Assembly: GCA_024278215.1 (NCBI GenBank)
Contig: JAJRTR010000052.1
Coordinates: 1 to 64,000, forward strand
Length of the DNA: 64,000 bases
Direction: 5' to 3'
Origin: a bacterium
GTDB lineage: Bacteria > UBP15 > UBA6099 > JAJRTR01
A program made the position numbers and the translations under genes. Below, in pieces: positions 21,419-31,412 of this stretch (within the stretch, counting starts at the first letter, position 1; every line of letters starts with the position of its first letter). Below the pieces are notes generated by a model, which saw nothing but the letters and a program-made list of their open reading frames with translations, was not told where the DNA came from and made no database searches.

Positions 21419-22627
21419 ATGATATCGCAATATACTGAAATGAGAGTTCAAAGGCTGAAGGGAGAGCACCGGCGTCTGTTCGGAGATTCCGAATCCGAAC
21501 AGTGCGTTGTGATTGCTCCTTTCAGAATATGCCCTCTCGGTGCACATGTGGATCACCAGTTGGGTCTTGTTTCCGGTATCGCGATCGAGAATTCCATAAT
21601 AATGGTTTTTACGCCGAATCCGGGCGGAAATATAAATCTGTTCAGCGCGAACTTCCCCGACTCGAAATCATTTCCGATAAACGCGGAACATAAGAGAGTG
21701 TTCAACTGGAGCGATTATGCGAGGGGCGCTGTGATGGCGCTGTCGAGAAAGTTCGCGCTTAAGACCGGTATCGACGCGGTGCTCGAGGGGGATATCCCTA
21801 TCGGCGGTCTTAGCTCATCGGCGGCGGTCGGCGTGGCATATCTTCTCGCGCTTCAGTCGGTGAACGGCATCCAGTCGACAAATGATGAGAATGTCGAACT
21901 TGACAGGATTATTGAAAATGATTTTATCGGTCTCAATAACGGTATACTTGATCAGTCGGTAATACTGTTGTCGGAAAGAAACAGGCTTCTTTACCTTGAC
22001 TGTATGCAGGGAACATTCGAGACAATCGAACCGGGCGCGGAGATGCCGCCCTATGAGGTGACTGTCGTCTTCTCGGGTGTCACAAAAAAGCTGATGGACA
22101 CAGACTACAACAACCGCGTGAAGGAATGTGAAGCGGCCGCCGGGCGGCTGATGGAGTTGTCCGGCGCGGCGTGGCCGGCAGGCGAAACACTTAAATTGGG
22201 ACATGTCGATTATGATGTGTTTGAAAACTTCAAGGATTCTCTCGAACCGGTGTCGAGGAAAAGGGCGGAGCATTTCTATTCGGAATGTCGAAGGGTGGCG
22301 GATGGTGTGGAAGCGTGGAGAGAGGGCAACATTGAAAAGATCGGCGCGCTGATGCGCGAGTCGGGAGAAAGTTCGATAATGAATTACGAGTGTGGTTGTC
22401 CGCCGATGATAACGCTCGCGGAAATCATGAATGAAACACCCGGCATACACGGAGCGCGTTTCTCGGGCGCGGGATTCAGGGGTTGCTGCATCGCTTTTTC
22501 CGACCCTGCGCGGCGCGCGGAAATTTCGGAGCGGATCTCCGCGGATTATCCGGCGCGGCATCCTGAATTCGCGGATTCTTTCAGTGTCAATTTCTGCACA
22601 CCGGGAGATGGAGCGGGGGTACTGTGA
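21419..22627 (+). CDS. GHMP sugar-1-kinase, galacturonokinase-like
   Basis: APFRICPLGAHVDHQLG, GLSSSAAVG, GILDQ, YNNRVKEC, GARFSGAGFRGCC. Confidence 0.82.
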   Translation: MISQYTEMRVQRLKGEHRRLFGDSESEQCVVIAPFRICPLGAHVDHQLGLVSGIAIENSIIMVFTPNPGGNINLFSANFPDSKSFPINAEHKRVFNWSDYARGAVMALSRKFALKTGIDAVLEGDIPIGGLSSSAAVGVAYLLALQSVNGIQSTNDENVELDRIIENDFIGLNNGILDQSVILLSERNRLLYLDCMQGTFETIEPGAEMPPYEVTVVFSGVTKKLMDTDYNNRVKECEAAAGRLMELSGAAWPAGETLKLGHVDYDVFENFKDSLEPVSRKRAEHFYSECRRVADGVEAWREGNIEKIGALMRESGESSIMNYECGCPPMITLAEIMNETPGIHGARFSGAGFRGCCIAFSDPARRAEISERISADYPARHPEFADSFSVNFCTPGDGAGVL

Positions 22628-23397
22628 GAGCGCTTATTCTCGCCGCGGGTTTCGGCACACGCATGGGCGAACTTTCCATAACAACAGCGAAACCGCTTTT
22701 GCCTGTCGCCGATAAGCCCATCGCCGAGCATCTCGCCGACGATCTGTTCGCTACCGGTAGAATCTCGGACCTCACGGTGATCACCAACGAATATTACAAT
22801 GAACAGTTCGTCGCATGGGAGAAACGATACGGGCGCGGGTTGCGATTGATAAATGACGGTGTGCTTTCCAATGAAACGCGGCTCGGCGCCATTGCCGACA
22901 TCAGGTATACAACTGATATTATCGGAACCGGCGAAGCCCTGTTTATTATGGCCGGAGATAATCTTTTTGAATTCGATTTTTCCGAAATTATTGATTTTTA
23001 TTTGGAAAAGAAAACAGATGTCGTCGCCGCATACAGGCAGACGGACCCCGTGAGATTGAGAAAGACGGGCGTCGCGAAACTCGACGCCGATAACCGTATC
23101 GTAATGTTCCAGGAGAAACCGCGGGAACCGGCGGGCGAGTACGCCGTACCCTGCATATATATCCTTACTCCCGGCAGCCTGGCGCTGATCAGTGACTATA
23201 TAGATCACGGCGAAAACACCGACGCGCCCGGGCACTTCATAAAATGGCTGTCGTCGCGGAAACCGGTTTATGCGTTTATCTTCGATACATCCATCCATTG
23301 TGTCGGCGACATCGAATCTTACGAACAAACATGCCGGGCGCTCGGCAAACATAAGCAATATGAGAATATAATTGATGAAAGAAGAAAAAATATATAA
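22624..23397 (+). CDS. Sugar-phosphate nucleotidyltransferase
   Basis: LILAAGFGTRM, KPLLPV, MAGDNLF, FQEKP; start overlaps the kinase stop (GTGA). Confidence 0.9.
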   Translation: MRALILAAGFGTRMGELSITTAKPLLPVADKPIAEHLADDLFATGRISDLTVITNEYYNEQFVAWEKRYGRGLRLINDGVLSNETRLGAIADIRYTTDIIGTGEALFIMAGDNLFEFDFSEIIDFYLEKKTDVVAAYRQTDPVRLRKTGVAKLDADNRIVMFQEKPREPAGEYAVPCIYILTPGSLALISDYIDHGENTDAPGHFIKWLSSRKPVYAFIFDTSIHCVGDIESYEQTCRALGKHKQYENIIDERRKNI

Positions 23398-23440
23398 ACT
23401 TATCGTCAATAGAGGTACATGTTGAAAGGAGACGGATTGT

Positions 23441-25171
23441 ATGGGTAAGGTAAAGGTATCAGCAAGTGAAGCACTCGTCGAGACGATGGTGGCTGAAGGT
23501 GTGAAGAATGTATTCGGGATAGTGGGGTCGGCATATATGGATGCGCTGGACCTTTTCCCGGATGCCGGCATCCGGTTCATCTCTGTAGCACACGAACAGG
23601 CGGCCTGCCATGCGGCGGACGGGCTCGCAAGGGTGACGGGCAGGCCCCAGGTCTGCATCGCTCAGAACGGACCCGGCGCGGCGAATTTCGTTTCAGCACT
23701 CACGGCGGCTTTCTGGGCGCATTCGCCTGTCGTCGCCATTACGCCGGAGACAGGCTCCATGGGGATCGGCACGGGCGGATTCCAGGAACTCGACCAGATG
23801 CCGATGTTCGAGCGCAGCATCAAATACGGTGTGCGTGTCAGCAGTCCGCAGCGAATGGCCGAACTGGCAAGACGCTGTTTCTATATGGCAAAGGCCGAAT
23901 GCGGCCCTACACAATTGAATATCCCTAGAGATAACTTCTACGGCATCTGCCACGACGAAATCTATCCGACGCTCGACATCTCGAGAGGCAGCGGTACACG
24001 TGTACAACTCGAAGAGGCGGCGAAACTGCTCGCGGCGGCGAAATATCCGGTTATACTCGCCGGCGGCGGCGTCTCACAGGGCGACGCGCTCGCCGAAACC
24101 AGAGCGCTCGCGGAATATCTCACAGCGCCGGTCTGCAACAGCTATCTGCACAACGATTCTTTCCCGCAATCGCATGAATTGTGTTGCGGCCCCATCGGCT
24201 ACTGCGGCTCCAAGGCTGCCATGCGGACAATCGCCAAGGCCGACGTTGTGCTCGCTCTGGGCAGCCGGCTCGGCCCCTTCGGCACTCTCCCGCAGTACGA
24301 CATCGAATACTGGCCCGAAAACGCAAAAGTTATACAGGTCGATATCGATCACAAAGTTCTGGGGCTCAGCAAAAGAGTCGCACTCGGCATCCTCGCCGAC
24401 GCGAAAGAATTCGCCCGCGAAGTCCTCTCGGCTGTCAAAGCGGTGGACGCAGACCGGGCTGTCGACAAAAAGAGACTTCAGGACGTTAAAAAAGAAAATG
24501 ACACGTGGGCGAAAGAACTTAAAAAATGGTCTTCATCCACAGCCAAACTGATGCATCCGCGCAGGTTCCTCATGGAACTCGCGCAAGCGATCCCCGAAGG
24601 CTCGATCGTCGCCACCGACATAGGCAACAACTCCTCGATGTGCAACAGTTACCTCACATTTACCGATGTCAAGCAGCACATATCGGCGCTAAGCTGGGGC
24701 AACTGCGGTTTCGCTTACGGCGCGGCGATGGGCTCGAAAATAGGATGCCCCGACAAAGCGGTATTCGCTCTCCAGGGCGACGGCGCGTGGGGCATCAGCG
24801 GCCTGTCGGAAGTCATGACGGCCACGCGCGAAAATATCCCCGTAATCGCTGTTATTTTCAATAACTTCGAATGGGGCGCGGAAAAGAAGAACCAGATTGA
24901 CTTCTACAACGACAGATTTGTCGGCACCAACCTCAGGGAGAATCCGAACTATGCGCAACTCGCGAAAGACATGGGCGCAAACGGTTACAGGGTCGAAGAC
25001 TACAAAGATGTGCAGGATGTTGTCGCAGACGCGGTCAAGTCGGGCAAACCCTGTGTCATCGAGGCGATCATAAAGGGCGGAAAGACAGTTCTCGCGGAAC
25101 CATTCCGCCGCGACGCGCTCAAGAAACCCGAGAGGCTGATGAAAAAGTACAAACATCTTTCTGTTAAATAG
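23441..25171 (+). CDS. xsc: Sulfoacetaldehyde acetyltransferase (ThDP-dependent)
   Basis: FGIVGSAYMDALDLFP, AQNGPG, FWAHSPVV, GPIGYCGSKAAM, GDGAWG, WGAEKKNQIDFYNDRFVG, EPFRRDA. Confidence 0.9.
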   Translation: MGKVKVSASEALVETMVAEGVKNVFGIVGSAYMDALDLFPDAGIRFISVAHEQAACHAADGLARVTGRPQVCIAQNGPGAANFVSALTAAFWAHSPVVAITPETGSMGIGTGGFQELDQMPMFERSIKYGVRVSSPQRMAELARRCFYMAKAECGPTQLNIPRDNFYGICHDEIYPTLDISRGSGTRVQLEEAAKLLAAAKYPVILAGGGVSQGDALAETRALAEYLTAPVCNSYLHNDSFPQSHELCCGPIGYCGSKAAMRTIAKADVVLALGSRLGPFGTLPQYDIEYWPENAKVIQVDIDHKVLGLSKRVALGILADAKEFAREVLSAVKAVDADRAVDKKRLQDVKKENDTWAKELKKWSSSTAKLMHPRRFLMELAQAIPEGSIVATDIGNNSSMCNSYLTFTDVKQHISALSWGNCGFAYGAAMGSKIGCPDKAVFALQGDGAWGISGLSEVMTATRENIPVIAVIFNNFEWGAEKKNQIDFYNDRFVGTNLRENPNYAQLAKDMGANGYRVEDYKDVQDVVADAVKSGKPCVIEAIIKGGKTVLAEPFRRDALKKPERLMKKYKHLSVK

Positions 25172-25213
25172 CCGGAAGCTGCCGGACGCGGTAACTCAAC
25201 ATGTTTCAATAAT

Positions 25214-25239
25214 AAAAGGCTCCCGACCGGGGGCTTTTT
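25214..25239 (+). terminator. Intrinsic terminator after xsc
   Basis: AAAAG-GCTCCC-GACC-GGGGGC-TTTTT. Confidence 0.7.
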
Positions 25240-25267
25240 ATGTATTATGCACCTGGTAGTTAACCCT

Positions 25268-25388
25268 AATACCGTTTACTTTAGCAACAATGATGCGTAA
25301 AAAAGCCTGCATTTATCGCGAATATTGATACCCATACCCTCTTAAGCAAACGGTATTGATCTTAACCCGCATATTTCACCAATGCGGG
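25268..25388. repeat. Repeat family C followed by family D hairpin
   Basis: Close match to 3380-3500; D = CCCGCATATTTCACCAATGCGGG. Confidence 0.85.
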
Positions 25389-25399
25389 CCAAATACGGG

Positions 25400-26215
25400 T
25401 TATTCGCCTTTCCTGTCGTCGGGCATCGAGTATGTGCCGGGATCAAGGTGTGCGATGCGCATGGCTTTGATCACGTCCATACCGAGTTCTATGTGAGTGC
25501 TGGTATATTGATCGAAGAGACTGCGCGCGCTTTCCTTAGTTTTTATCCCGCCCTGGCGCAACGGCATATCAGAGATCAGCATGAGCGCGCCGACGGGTAC
25601 ACGGCGCGCATATCCCACAGTGAAGAGCGTCGCACATTCCATGTCGATGGCCTGGCAGCGTTCTTTTTTAAGATTCAACACAAAATCGTTGTCGAATTCC
25701 CAGAACCGCAGGTTCGTTGTGTGGATGACGCCCGAGTGGTAAACAACGCCGCACTCCTCGAGTTTGGAAACGACGAATCTCTGGATGTCGAACGAGCTCA
25801 GCGATGGAACCTGCGGCGGCATGTAGTGAGACGAAGTGCCCTCGTCCCTGACGGCGGCAATGGGATTGAAGTAGTGTCCCTTCTCATAGCCTTTTGAGAG
25901 TCCTCCGCATAGGCCCAGCATGAGCACGACACGTGGCGCCAGGTATGAGAGCAGGTCGATGATGAGCGCGGCCATGGGCGACCCGATGCCGAAGTCTATG
26001 ATGCTGATGTTTTCCTCGGGCCAGTGCGCGGAACGCATCGTGGTCCCTTTTTTCATCTCATGACCGCTCATTTCAGCAAAGTCGTCGATATACGCGCCGA
26101 AATTAGTTAGCAGGATGTAGGGTCTGAACTCGGTGGCGGTGCTGCCTGTGTATCTTTCCAGTGCGCTCAGCGCTATCGCTCTTCTATCCTGTTTTCCGTC
26201 TATCGATTTCGACAT
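25400..26215 (-). CDS. amn: AMP nucleosidase (short PNP/UDP-fold type)
   Basis: LERYTG, YILLTNF, IIDFGIGSPMAALIIDLL, GLCGGL, RDEGTS, IDMECATLF. Confidence 0.85.
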   Translation of the reverse strand: MSKSIDGKQDRRAIALSALERYTGSTATEFRPYILLTNFGAYIDDFAEMSGHEMKKGTTMRSAHWPEENISIIDFGIGSPMAALIIDLLSYLAPRVVLMLGLCGGLSKGYEKGHYFNPIAAVRDEGTSSHYMPPQVPSLSSFDIQRFVVSKLEECGVVYHSGVIHTTNLRFWEFDNDFVLNLKKERCQAIDMECATLFTVGYARRVPVGALMLISDMPLRQGGIKTKESARSLFDQYTSTHIELGMDVIKAMRIAHLDPGTYSMPDDRKGE

Positions 26216-26306
26216 CGCTTATGTACCTCCGGTGCATTTCCTCTTTTTGGTATTATTACAGCACGATAATGTGAACGAACAAAAATGTCCACACCACCGG
26301 CCTCAA

Positions 26307-27053
26307 TCATATTTTTATAACGAGCGAAGCGCCGGCGACAAGCAGCAGGATAAAGACAAACAGGCGAAACTGGAACTCGGGTATGCGCGAGTGCAGCCAC
26401 TCGCCGGCGGCCAGCCCAAGCAGCAGCCCCGGAAGCAACTCGAGGCTTTCAAGTATCGTCGCCCGGTTGACACTGCCCTGAACAGCATAGCTCGCCGTGA
26501 GAAAAATGTTCACAGTCAGCCACAGGCTGGAAAGTGTGCTGCGGAATACACTTTTGTCCTTTAGACGCCTGCTTGCAAAATAGACTACCATCGGTCCGCC
26601 CGACGCGTAAATACCCTGCATGATACCGCCCGAGAACAGCCAGAACATACCCTGGATATTACCGAGCGGCCTTTCCTCACCTTTCCCTTTCCGGCGCAAC
26701 AGGATCGTTATCTCATAAACGGAGAACAGAAGCACAAAGACTCCGAAAATGAATTTGAGCGGGCCGCCGTTGACATAACTAAAAATGATACGTCCGACGA
26801 CGACACCCACGGCAACCTGCGGCAATATGTTGCGCAGCAATACCGTCCTGTCTATCTTTTTCCTGTGCCGGACAACAATGTATGTGCTCAACACGAGATT
26901 CAGGGGCACAAGCACATACAACAAGTGTTTCATGTCATACATGTGCGCCCCGAGCGTAATGGCGATAATTGTGCTGCCGAATCCTGTGACGGCCTCTACT
27001 GCGTTTGCCGAGAGTACTATGAAAAACAAAATCGCGAATTTAGGTTCAATCAT
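26307..27053 (-). CDS. Sulfite exporter TauE/SafE family protein
   Basis: About 8 TM helices; AVTGFGS, GIYASGGPMVV, FRSTL. Confidence 0.85.
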   Translation of the reverse strand: MIEPKFAILFFIVLSANAVEAVTGFGSTIIAITLGAHMYDMKHLLYVLVPLNLVLSTYIVVRHRKKIDRTVLLRNILPQVAVGVVVGRIIFSYVNGGPLKFIFGVFVLLFSVYEITILLRRKGKGEERPLGNIQGMFWLFSGGIMQGIYASGGPMVVYFASRRLKDKSVFRSTLSSLWLTVNIFLTASYAVQGSVNRATILESLELLPGLLLGLAAGEWLHSRIPEFQFRLFVFILLLVAGASLVIKI

Positions 27054-27121
27054 GTATTGTTGTGACCGGAGCGATCCGGCGTCCTGCCTTCATCGAAAAT
27101 TCTCATGATGTCTTCCTGCTG

Positions 27122-27430
27122 AACTTGTGCGTTTTTCAATATATTGTGAGAATTTTGGGGACATGACTGAAATTTGACCTTTAATTCCGGATCGTGTCCC
27201 CATAAATTCTACTACTGTCACGTCAGGCTTGTAATGTCGCAAGAAGGTGTGGGCGGTGGCCCATATACCCTGCCTGCGCGTATTTCTCGCGAAAACGGTT
27301 TGTACAGGCACAAGTCGAGACCGGGGTACGGTGACCACGCCCTGCACTTTCATTGTTTTTACGCGACCCCCATCTTACATCTTTTCTTTGTTAACATGGC
27401 ACTACCTTTTATAAAAACGCAGTTTCAGTT
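27122..27430. repeat. Repeat family B, long copy with an internal REP-like pair
   Basis: AACTTGTGCGTTTTTCAAT...ATAAAAACGCAGTTTCAGTT; extra internal segment at about 27240-27350. Confidence 0.9.
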
Positions 27431-27473
27431 CATGCTTAAATTCCAGCCGACAACTTTTTTCAACGGTAAAAAG

Positions 27474-28547
27474 TTATAAAGAACTGTCCCGCCTTACAAT
27501 GTGCCCGATGAAATTGACTATTGTACCTACGAGCTTGCGGGGAAAAAGAAAAATCGAGACATGTCCGCTATAGAGCCATTCGCATTCGGGATGGTTCCAT
27601 GCTTCCCAGAGCCGCGCGACATTTTCGGCGGGAATAAGCATATCGTAGCGTGCCGGAATAAGCTGTATGCGGTCCGGAGGCAGTTTCGGACGGAAATAAA
27701 CAGGAGAAATAATGCGCCAGTTTTTCTCGACGGTTTCCGGGGCGATGCCCATCCTGTCGAAGTCGCGGACGATCGTTCTGCCGGCTATGCTGTTCCACAT
27801 ACCCTCGATTATATTGCCCGAAGCGATGATAGGGATCGCGAAATCTATCCTGTCGTCCACGCAGGCGGTAAGGAGCGTGATGAAACCGCCGAGGCTGAGC
27901 CCCATCATGCCGACCGGCCCCGTGTACCTTGCCCGCCCCCATGAGATCAACGCGCGGATATCACTTATTGATTGCCTGAAAGCATTTATCGTGCGTTCCA
28001 TGTCGGCGCTCAGCATGAGATCGCCATGCGCACTGCCGGCGGGTTTGCGCGGGCCGTGATATGGCTGTGTAATAAACAGGCAGTTTATCCCGGCCCTGGC
28101 CAGCAGCAGGCCGAGAAGGTAGTAGTAAAAAGTGAAGCAACCTTCCTCGCGCCAGCCGTGCGCTACTATCACACACGGGTTCGACCCGCTTCCTTCCGCC
28201 GTCGATTCGAACATGCGGCCGCGCACAACGTTATTCTCCGGATACGCCGACTCGACCTCGCTGTCATAACTGAAACAGCTCACCTTTACACCGGCGAACG
28301 CATGCCCGAATTCTTCCGTTACATCCGGGACACCGGTGCCGCCGTTGTAGAAAAGTTCAGGGTGCTCGAAGTATTCCGGATAGTTATATTCAGACAAGTC
28401 CATTTTTTCGCTGAAGTGTCTTTTTCTGCCCTTGGTACGGTTCTCCATGCCCACAACAGTCCTGTCGATGAATATGGAAATACCTTTGAGGAAAAAGGCA
28501 GCCGCCCGGCCCGGCGGTTTTTCACATGGATATACGGTTTCTGCCAT
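27474..28547 (-). CDS. Alpha/beta hydrolase family protein
   Basis: VAHGW, QPYHGPRKP, GLSLGG nucleophile elbow, RYD, SGH. Confidence 0.82.
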   Translation of the reverse strand: MAETVYPCEKPPGRAAAFFLKGISIFIDRTVVGMENRTKGRKRHFSEKMDLSEYNYPEYFEHPELFYNGGTGVPDVTEEFGHAFAGVKVSCFSYDSEVESAYPENNVVRGRMFESTAEGSGSNPCVIVAHGWREEGCFTFYYYLLGLLLARAGINCLFITQPYHGPRKPAGSAHGDLMLSADMERTINAFRQSISDIRALISWGRARYTGPVGMMGLSLGGFITLLTACVDDRIDFAIPIIASGNIIEGMWNSIAGRTIVRDFDRMGIAPETVEKNWRIISPVYFRPKLPPDRIQLIPARYDMLIPAENVARLWEAWNHPECEWLYSGHVSIFLFPRKLVGTIVNFIGHIVRRDSSL

Positions 28548-28779
28548 GAAGAACATTATAGCCTCATATAAGCTATTTTGCGACAGCGCGTTGACGCACT
28601 CCAGAGAAGCAGCCACCACATTGCACAGGCAAGTTGAGTATAGTGAACGCCCCATATCCCGAAAACAGGCTGTCGCAAAAACGCTCATTCAAGTACTCAA
28701 TGAAAGAAAATCACATTGTTTGTGTCTCCCGGAGCTGGTCCGACCTGCCATAGGGGGGATACCGGTTGTTCTTGTTGTA

Positions 28780-29574
28780 ATCTGCGGTATACAGGGAAAT
28801 ATTTACAGTTAAGTATGTTCGAGGCCCCCATTCCGAGTTTAGCAAAATATGTAATAACATAATATAAATAAATATCAGACAGTTCCCGATTAGCTGTCTA
28901 TTACAGGAACAGGCCACTCTGAAGACAATATATGCCGAAGCAATGATTTCTATCCGGTTGCCCATTTCATTGGACATGCGTAGTGGACAGCAGAGAAAAC
29001 CACTATATAAAGGGATATTTAGGAATATCCTGTTAAAAAGTATTCTTTTACATATCAGAATATTGGACAGGATACGTTGATTGACATTTTATTAATATGT
29101 TAAATAGACGCGGAATAATTGATATTTTGAGAGAACTGCGTACAGTCACCGGCAGATAATTATCATGTTTTAATAATTAACGACATTATATGATGAAGCT
29201 ATGAATATTTATCTTATTTACAATATCCGAAGGGATTGTAGGTTGATAATAATGACAATAAATGAAGAATATGCAATGGCTGCAATTATGATAAACAAGA
29301 AACGATAATTAAAATATACCGATATATAAAGAATATATTATATTTTATGTAAAACCGAAACATAGTAAATAGGAATAATAAGCAGCCAAAATATGGAATT
29401 GAGATTAGATAGAGATGAGATTTATACAAAAAACATGACAAAGAAAGGGGGTTGCTGAGGGATATTTAAAGATGCGGAAAGATAATACATGTAAAATACA
29501 CGCTAACATAACAGCGTATGGCACACAGAGAAGGGAGAAAGGATAAGAAGATAAATATGTGAAAAGATTTAAAT
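28780..29574. other. Very AT-rich stretch with no credible ORF
   Basis: Visibly far more AT-rich than the flanking genes; no ORF of 60 aa or more between 28978 and 29900 in the track. Confidence 0.6.
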
Positions 29575-29884
29575 AACTTGTGTGTTTTTCAATTTAGCAT
29601 AAGGGTCCTATTCCCCGCCGCTTGCGGCGTGATTAAAACCTTTGTTTTCTGATACCCCGTCCGCTTGCGGCGGGGGAGTTCATTGTGAGACTTTTGGAGA
29701 CATGACTGAAATTTGACCTTTAGTTCCGATCGTATCTACATATATTCTACTACTGTCACGTCAGGCTTGTAATGTCGCGGGAAAGGGCGGGGTCACCGCC
29801 CTATACTTTTATCGTTTTTACGCTACCCCATCTTCATCTTTTCTTTGATGACATGGCGCTACCTTTCATAAAAACACACTAGTT
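29575..29884. repeat. Repeat family B, interrupted by a nested element
   Basis: AACTTGTGTGTTTTTCAAT[insert]ATTGTGAGAC...ATAAAAACACACTAGTT. Confidence 0.88.
29594..29681 (-). mobile_element. IS200/IS605-type non-autonomous miniature element
   Basis: Minus strand GAACTCCCCCGCCGCAAGCGGACGGGGTATC...CACGCCGCAAGCGGCGGGGAAT: two related subterminal hairpins, no terminal inverted repeats, no ORF. Confidence 0.65.
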
Positions 29885-29900
29885 CAGAAATAATAAGAAA

Positions 29901-30452
29901 TTATTTATTGTCTTTATATTGTTTATTGATCCGTTCTATTATTTTGTCGGTAATATTGTCACCACCAAATATCACAGCAACTCTATCGAATACATAATCA
30001 TAGCCCTCGGCTTTGGCAATCTCGGCAGAGAATTTTATGACATCGTCCTCAACCTTTTTGAGTTTTTCGTTGCGGGCAGGGATCATATCCTGGCGAAACT
30101 TTTCATTTTCCATGACGATGATGCGTTGAACTTCGCTTTTCTGTTGATCAGTTAATTGCGACTCTTCTGTTACACCATATTTTTCTTTTATGAGATCGCG
30201 AACTTCTGATTCGCGTTGCGTTTTCAATCTGTCAAGTTCTTTGTCCCATCCAAGACTGATGGGATGGTTGTCAATAATTTTGTTGAGATCGATGGTAGCA
30301 ATTTTCAGAGAAGCTGGAGAGGCGACAGTAGAGGTAGCGGGGGGCACGACTTTTTCCGTGGCCGCAGATTCCTGAGAGAGGGAAGCGACTGGAGTGGTTG
30401 AAATGAGGGCAGCCACGAGGAAGGCGGCAGACGTTTTAAATATGTTTTTCAT
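29901..30452 (-). CDS. OmpH/Skp family periplasmic chaperone
   Basis: Signal peptide; KIATIDLNKI; IAKAEGYDYVFD; GDNITDKII; GGAGG upstream. Confidence 0.85.
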   Translation of the reverse strand: MKNIFKTSAAFLVAALISTTPVASLSQESAATEKVVPPATSTVASPASLKIATIDLNKIIDNHPISLGWDKELDRLKTQRESEVRDLIKEKYGVTEESQLTDQQKSEVQRIIVMENEKFRQDMIPARNEKLKKVEDDVIKFSAEIAKAEGYDYVFDRVAVIFGGDNITDKIIERINKQYKDNK

Positions 30453-30541
30453 AGAAATACCTCCGTATAGTGAATGAAGATGAAACATAATTCTGCAATC
30501 AACTCTTACATTATGTTTTTTTACAGCCAAAAAAACAATAA

Positions 30542-30595
30542 TTTAATCGAAAAGAATTCTCCGATGCCGGTATCGGAGAATTCTTTTCGATTAAA
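30542..30595. terminator. Perfect 24-bp-arm inverted repeat at the end of uppP (terminator/processing hairpin)
   Basis: TTTAATCGAAAAGAATTCTCCGAT-GCCGGT-ATCGGAGAATTCTTTTCGATTAAA. Confidence 0.6.
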
Positions 30596-31412
30596 AAAGG
30601 AACAGGGAACCAAGGATCGACACAGTGCCGAGCGCCCAGCAATAGATAGCAAACCATGTGAGCCTGCCTCGTGTCAGCACAGAGATAAGCCATTTCAGCG
30701 CGATCAGTCCGGAAACGAATGCCATTATTGCGCCCGCCAATACGGGTACGGCATTTTCGATCCCGGCGGATAACATGCTGGTTAGTTCAAATACCGATCC
30801 TGCAAGAATCACCGGAACCGCCAGTATGAAGGAGAACCGCGCGGCCTCTTTTCGGTCGACACCGAGGAAAAGAGCGGCGCAAATAGTAGCGCCGGAGCGT
30901 GATATGCCGGGCATAATCGCAAACGCCTGGGCAGTGCCTACAATAAGCGCCCCCGCGAGCCCGAGCGAAGCTGCCTTGCGGTTCGTTTTTTTTACCCTGT
31001 CTGCAAGAAACAGAAAGACACCTGTGATGAGAAGATCGACGCCCGCGATGGAGGCGGAGCCGAGTGCGGCTTCGAACTGATCTTTGAAAAGCAGGAAAGC
31101 GATTCCGGCAGGTAGTGTGCCGATGATTATCCAGAGTGCGAACTTGCGCCCGTCGGTCGCTGTGCCCGACCACGAATCATCCGACACAACATCCCGGCCG
31201 GCGACGGCCTGCAACAGCCCCGCTATGTCGCGACGGAAGAAAATCAAAAGTGCCAGCAGTGTGCCGAAATGCACCATGACATCGAAAAATACCATTTCTT
31301 CCTTAATATTGAGAATGTTCTGGAAGAGAACAAGATGTCCGGAACTGCTTACGGGAAGGAACTCCGTAAGGCCCTGCACAAGGCCGAGGAAAAGCGTTTC
31401 AATAATATTCAT
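30591..31412 (-). CDS. uppP: Undecaprenyl-diphosphate phosphatase
   Basis: QGLTEFLPVSSSGHL, HFGT, PGISRSGAT, AARFSF. Confidence 0.95.
   Translation of the reverse strand: MNIIETLFLGLVQGLTEFLPVSSSGHLVLFQNILNIKEEMVFFDVMVHFGTLLALLIFFRRDIAGLLQAVAGRDVVSDDSWSGTATDGRKFALWIIIGTLPAGIAFLLFKDQFEAALGSASIAGVDLLITGVFLFLADRVKKTNRKAASLGLAGALIVGTAQAFAIMPGISRSGATICAALFLGVDRKEAARFSFILAVPVILAGSVFELTSMLSAGIENAVPVLAGAIMAFVSGLIALKWLISVLTRGRLTWFAIYCWALGTVSILGSLFLF

Noticed and set aside
28576-28680. 12-bp inverted repeat TTTTGCGACAGC / GCTGTCGCAAAA resembling IS ends
   Set aside because: Short, oriented outward relative to a normal element, and no second copy of the interior was seen.
28780-29574. Replication origin
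   Set aside because: I saw no cluster of DnaA boxes (TTATCCACA-like) and no dnaA, dnaN or gidA nearby.
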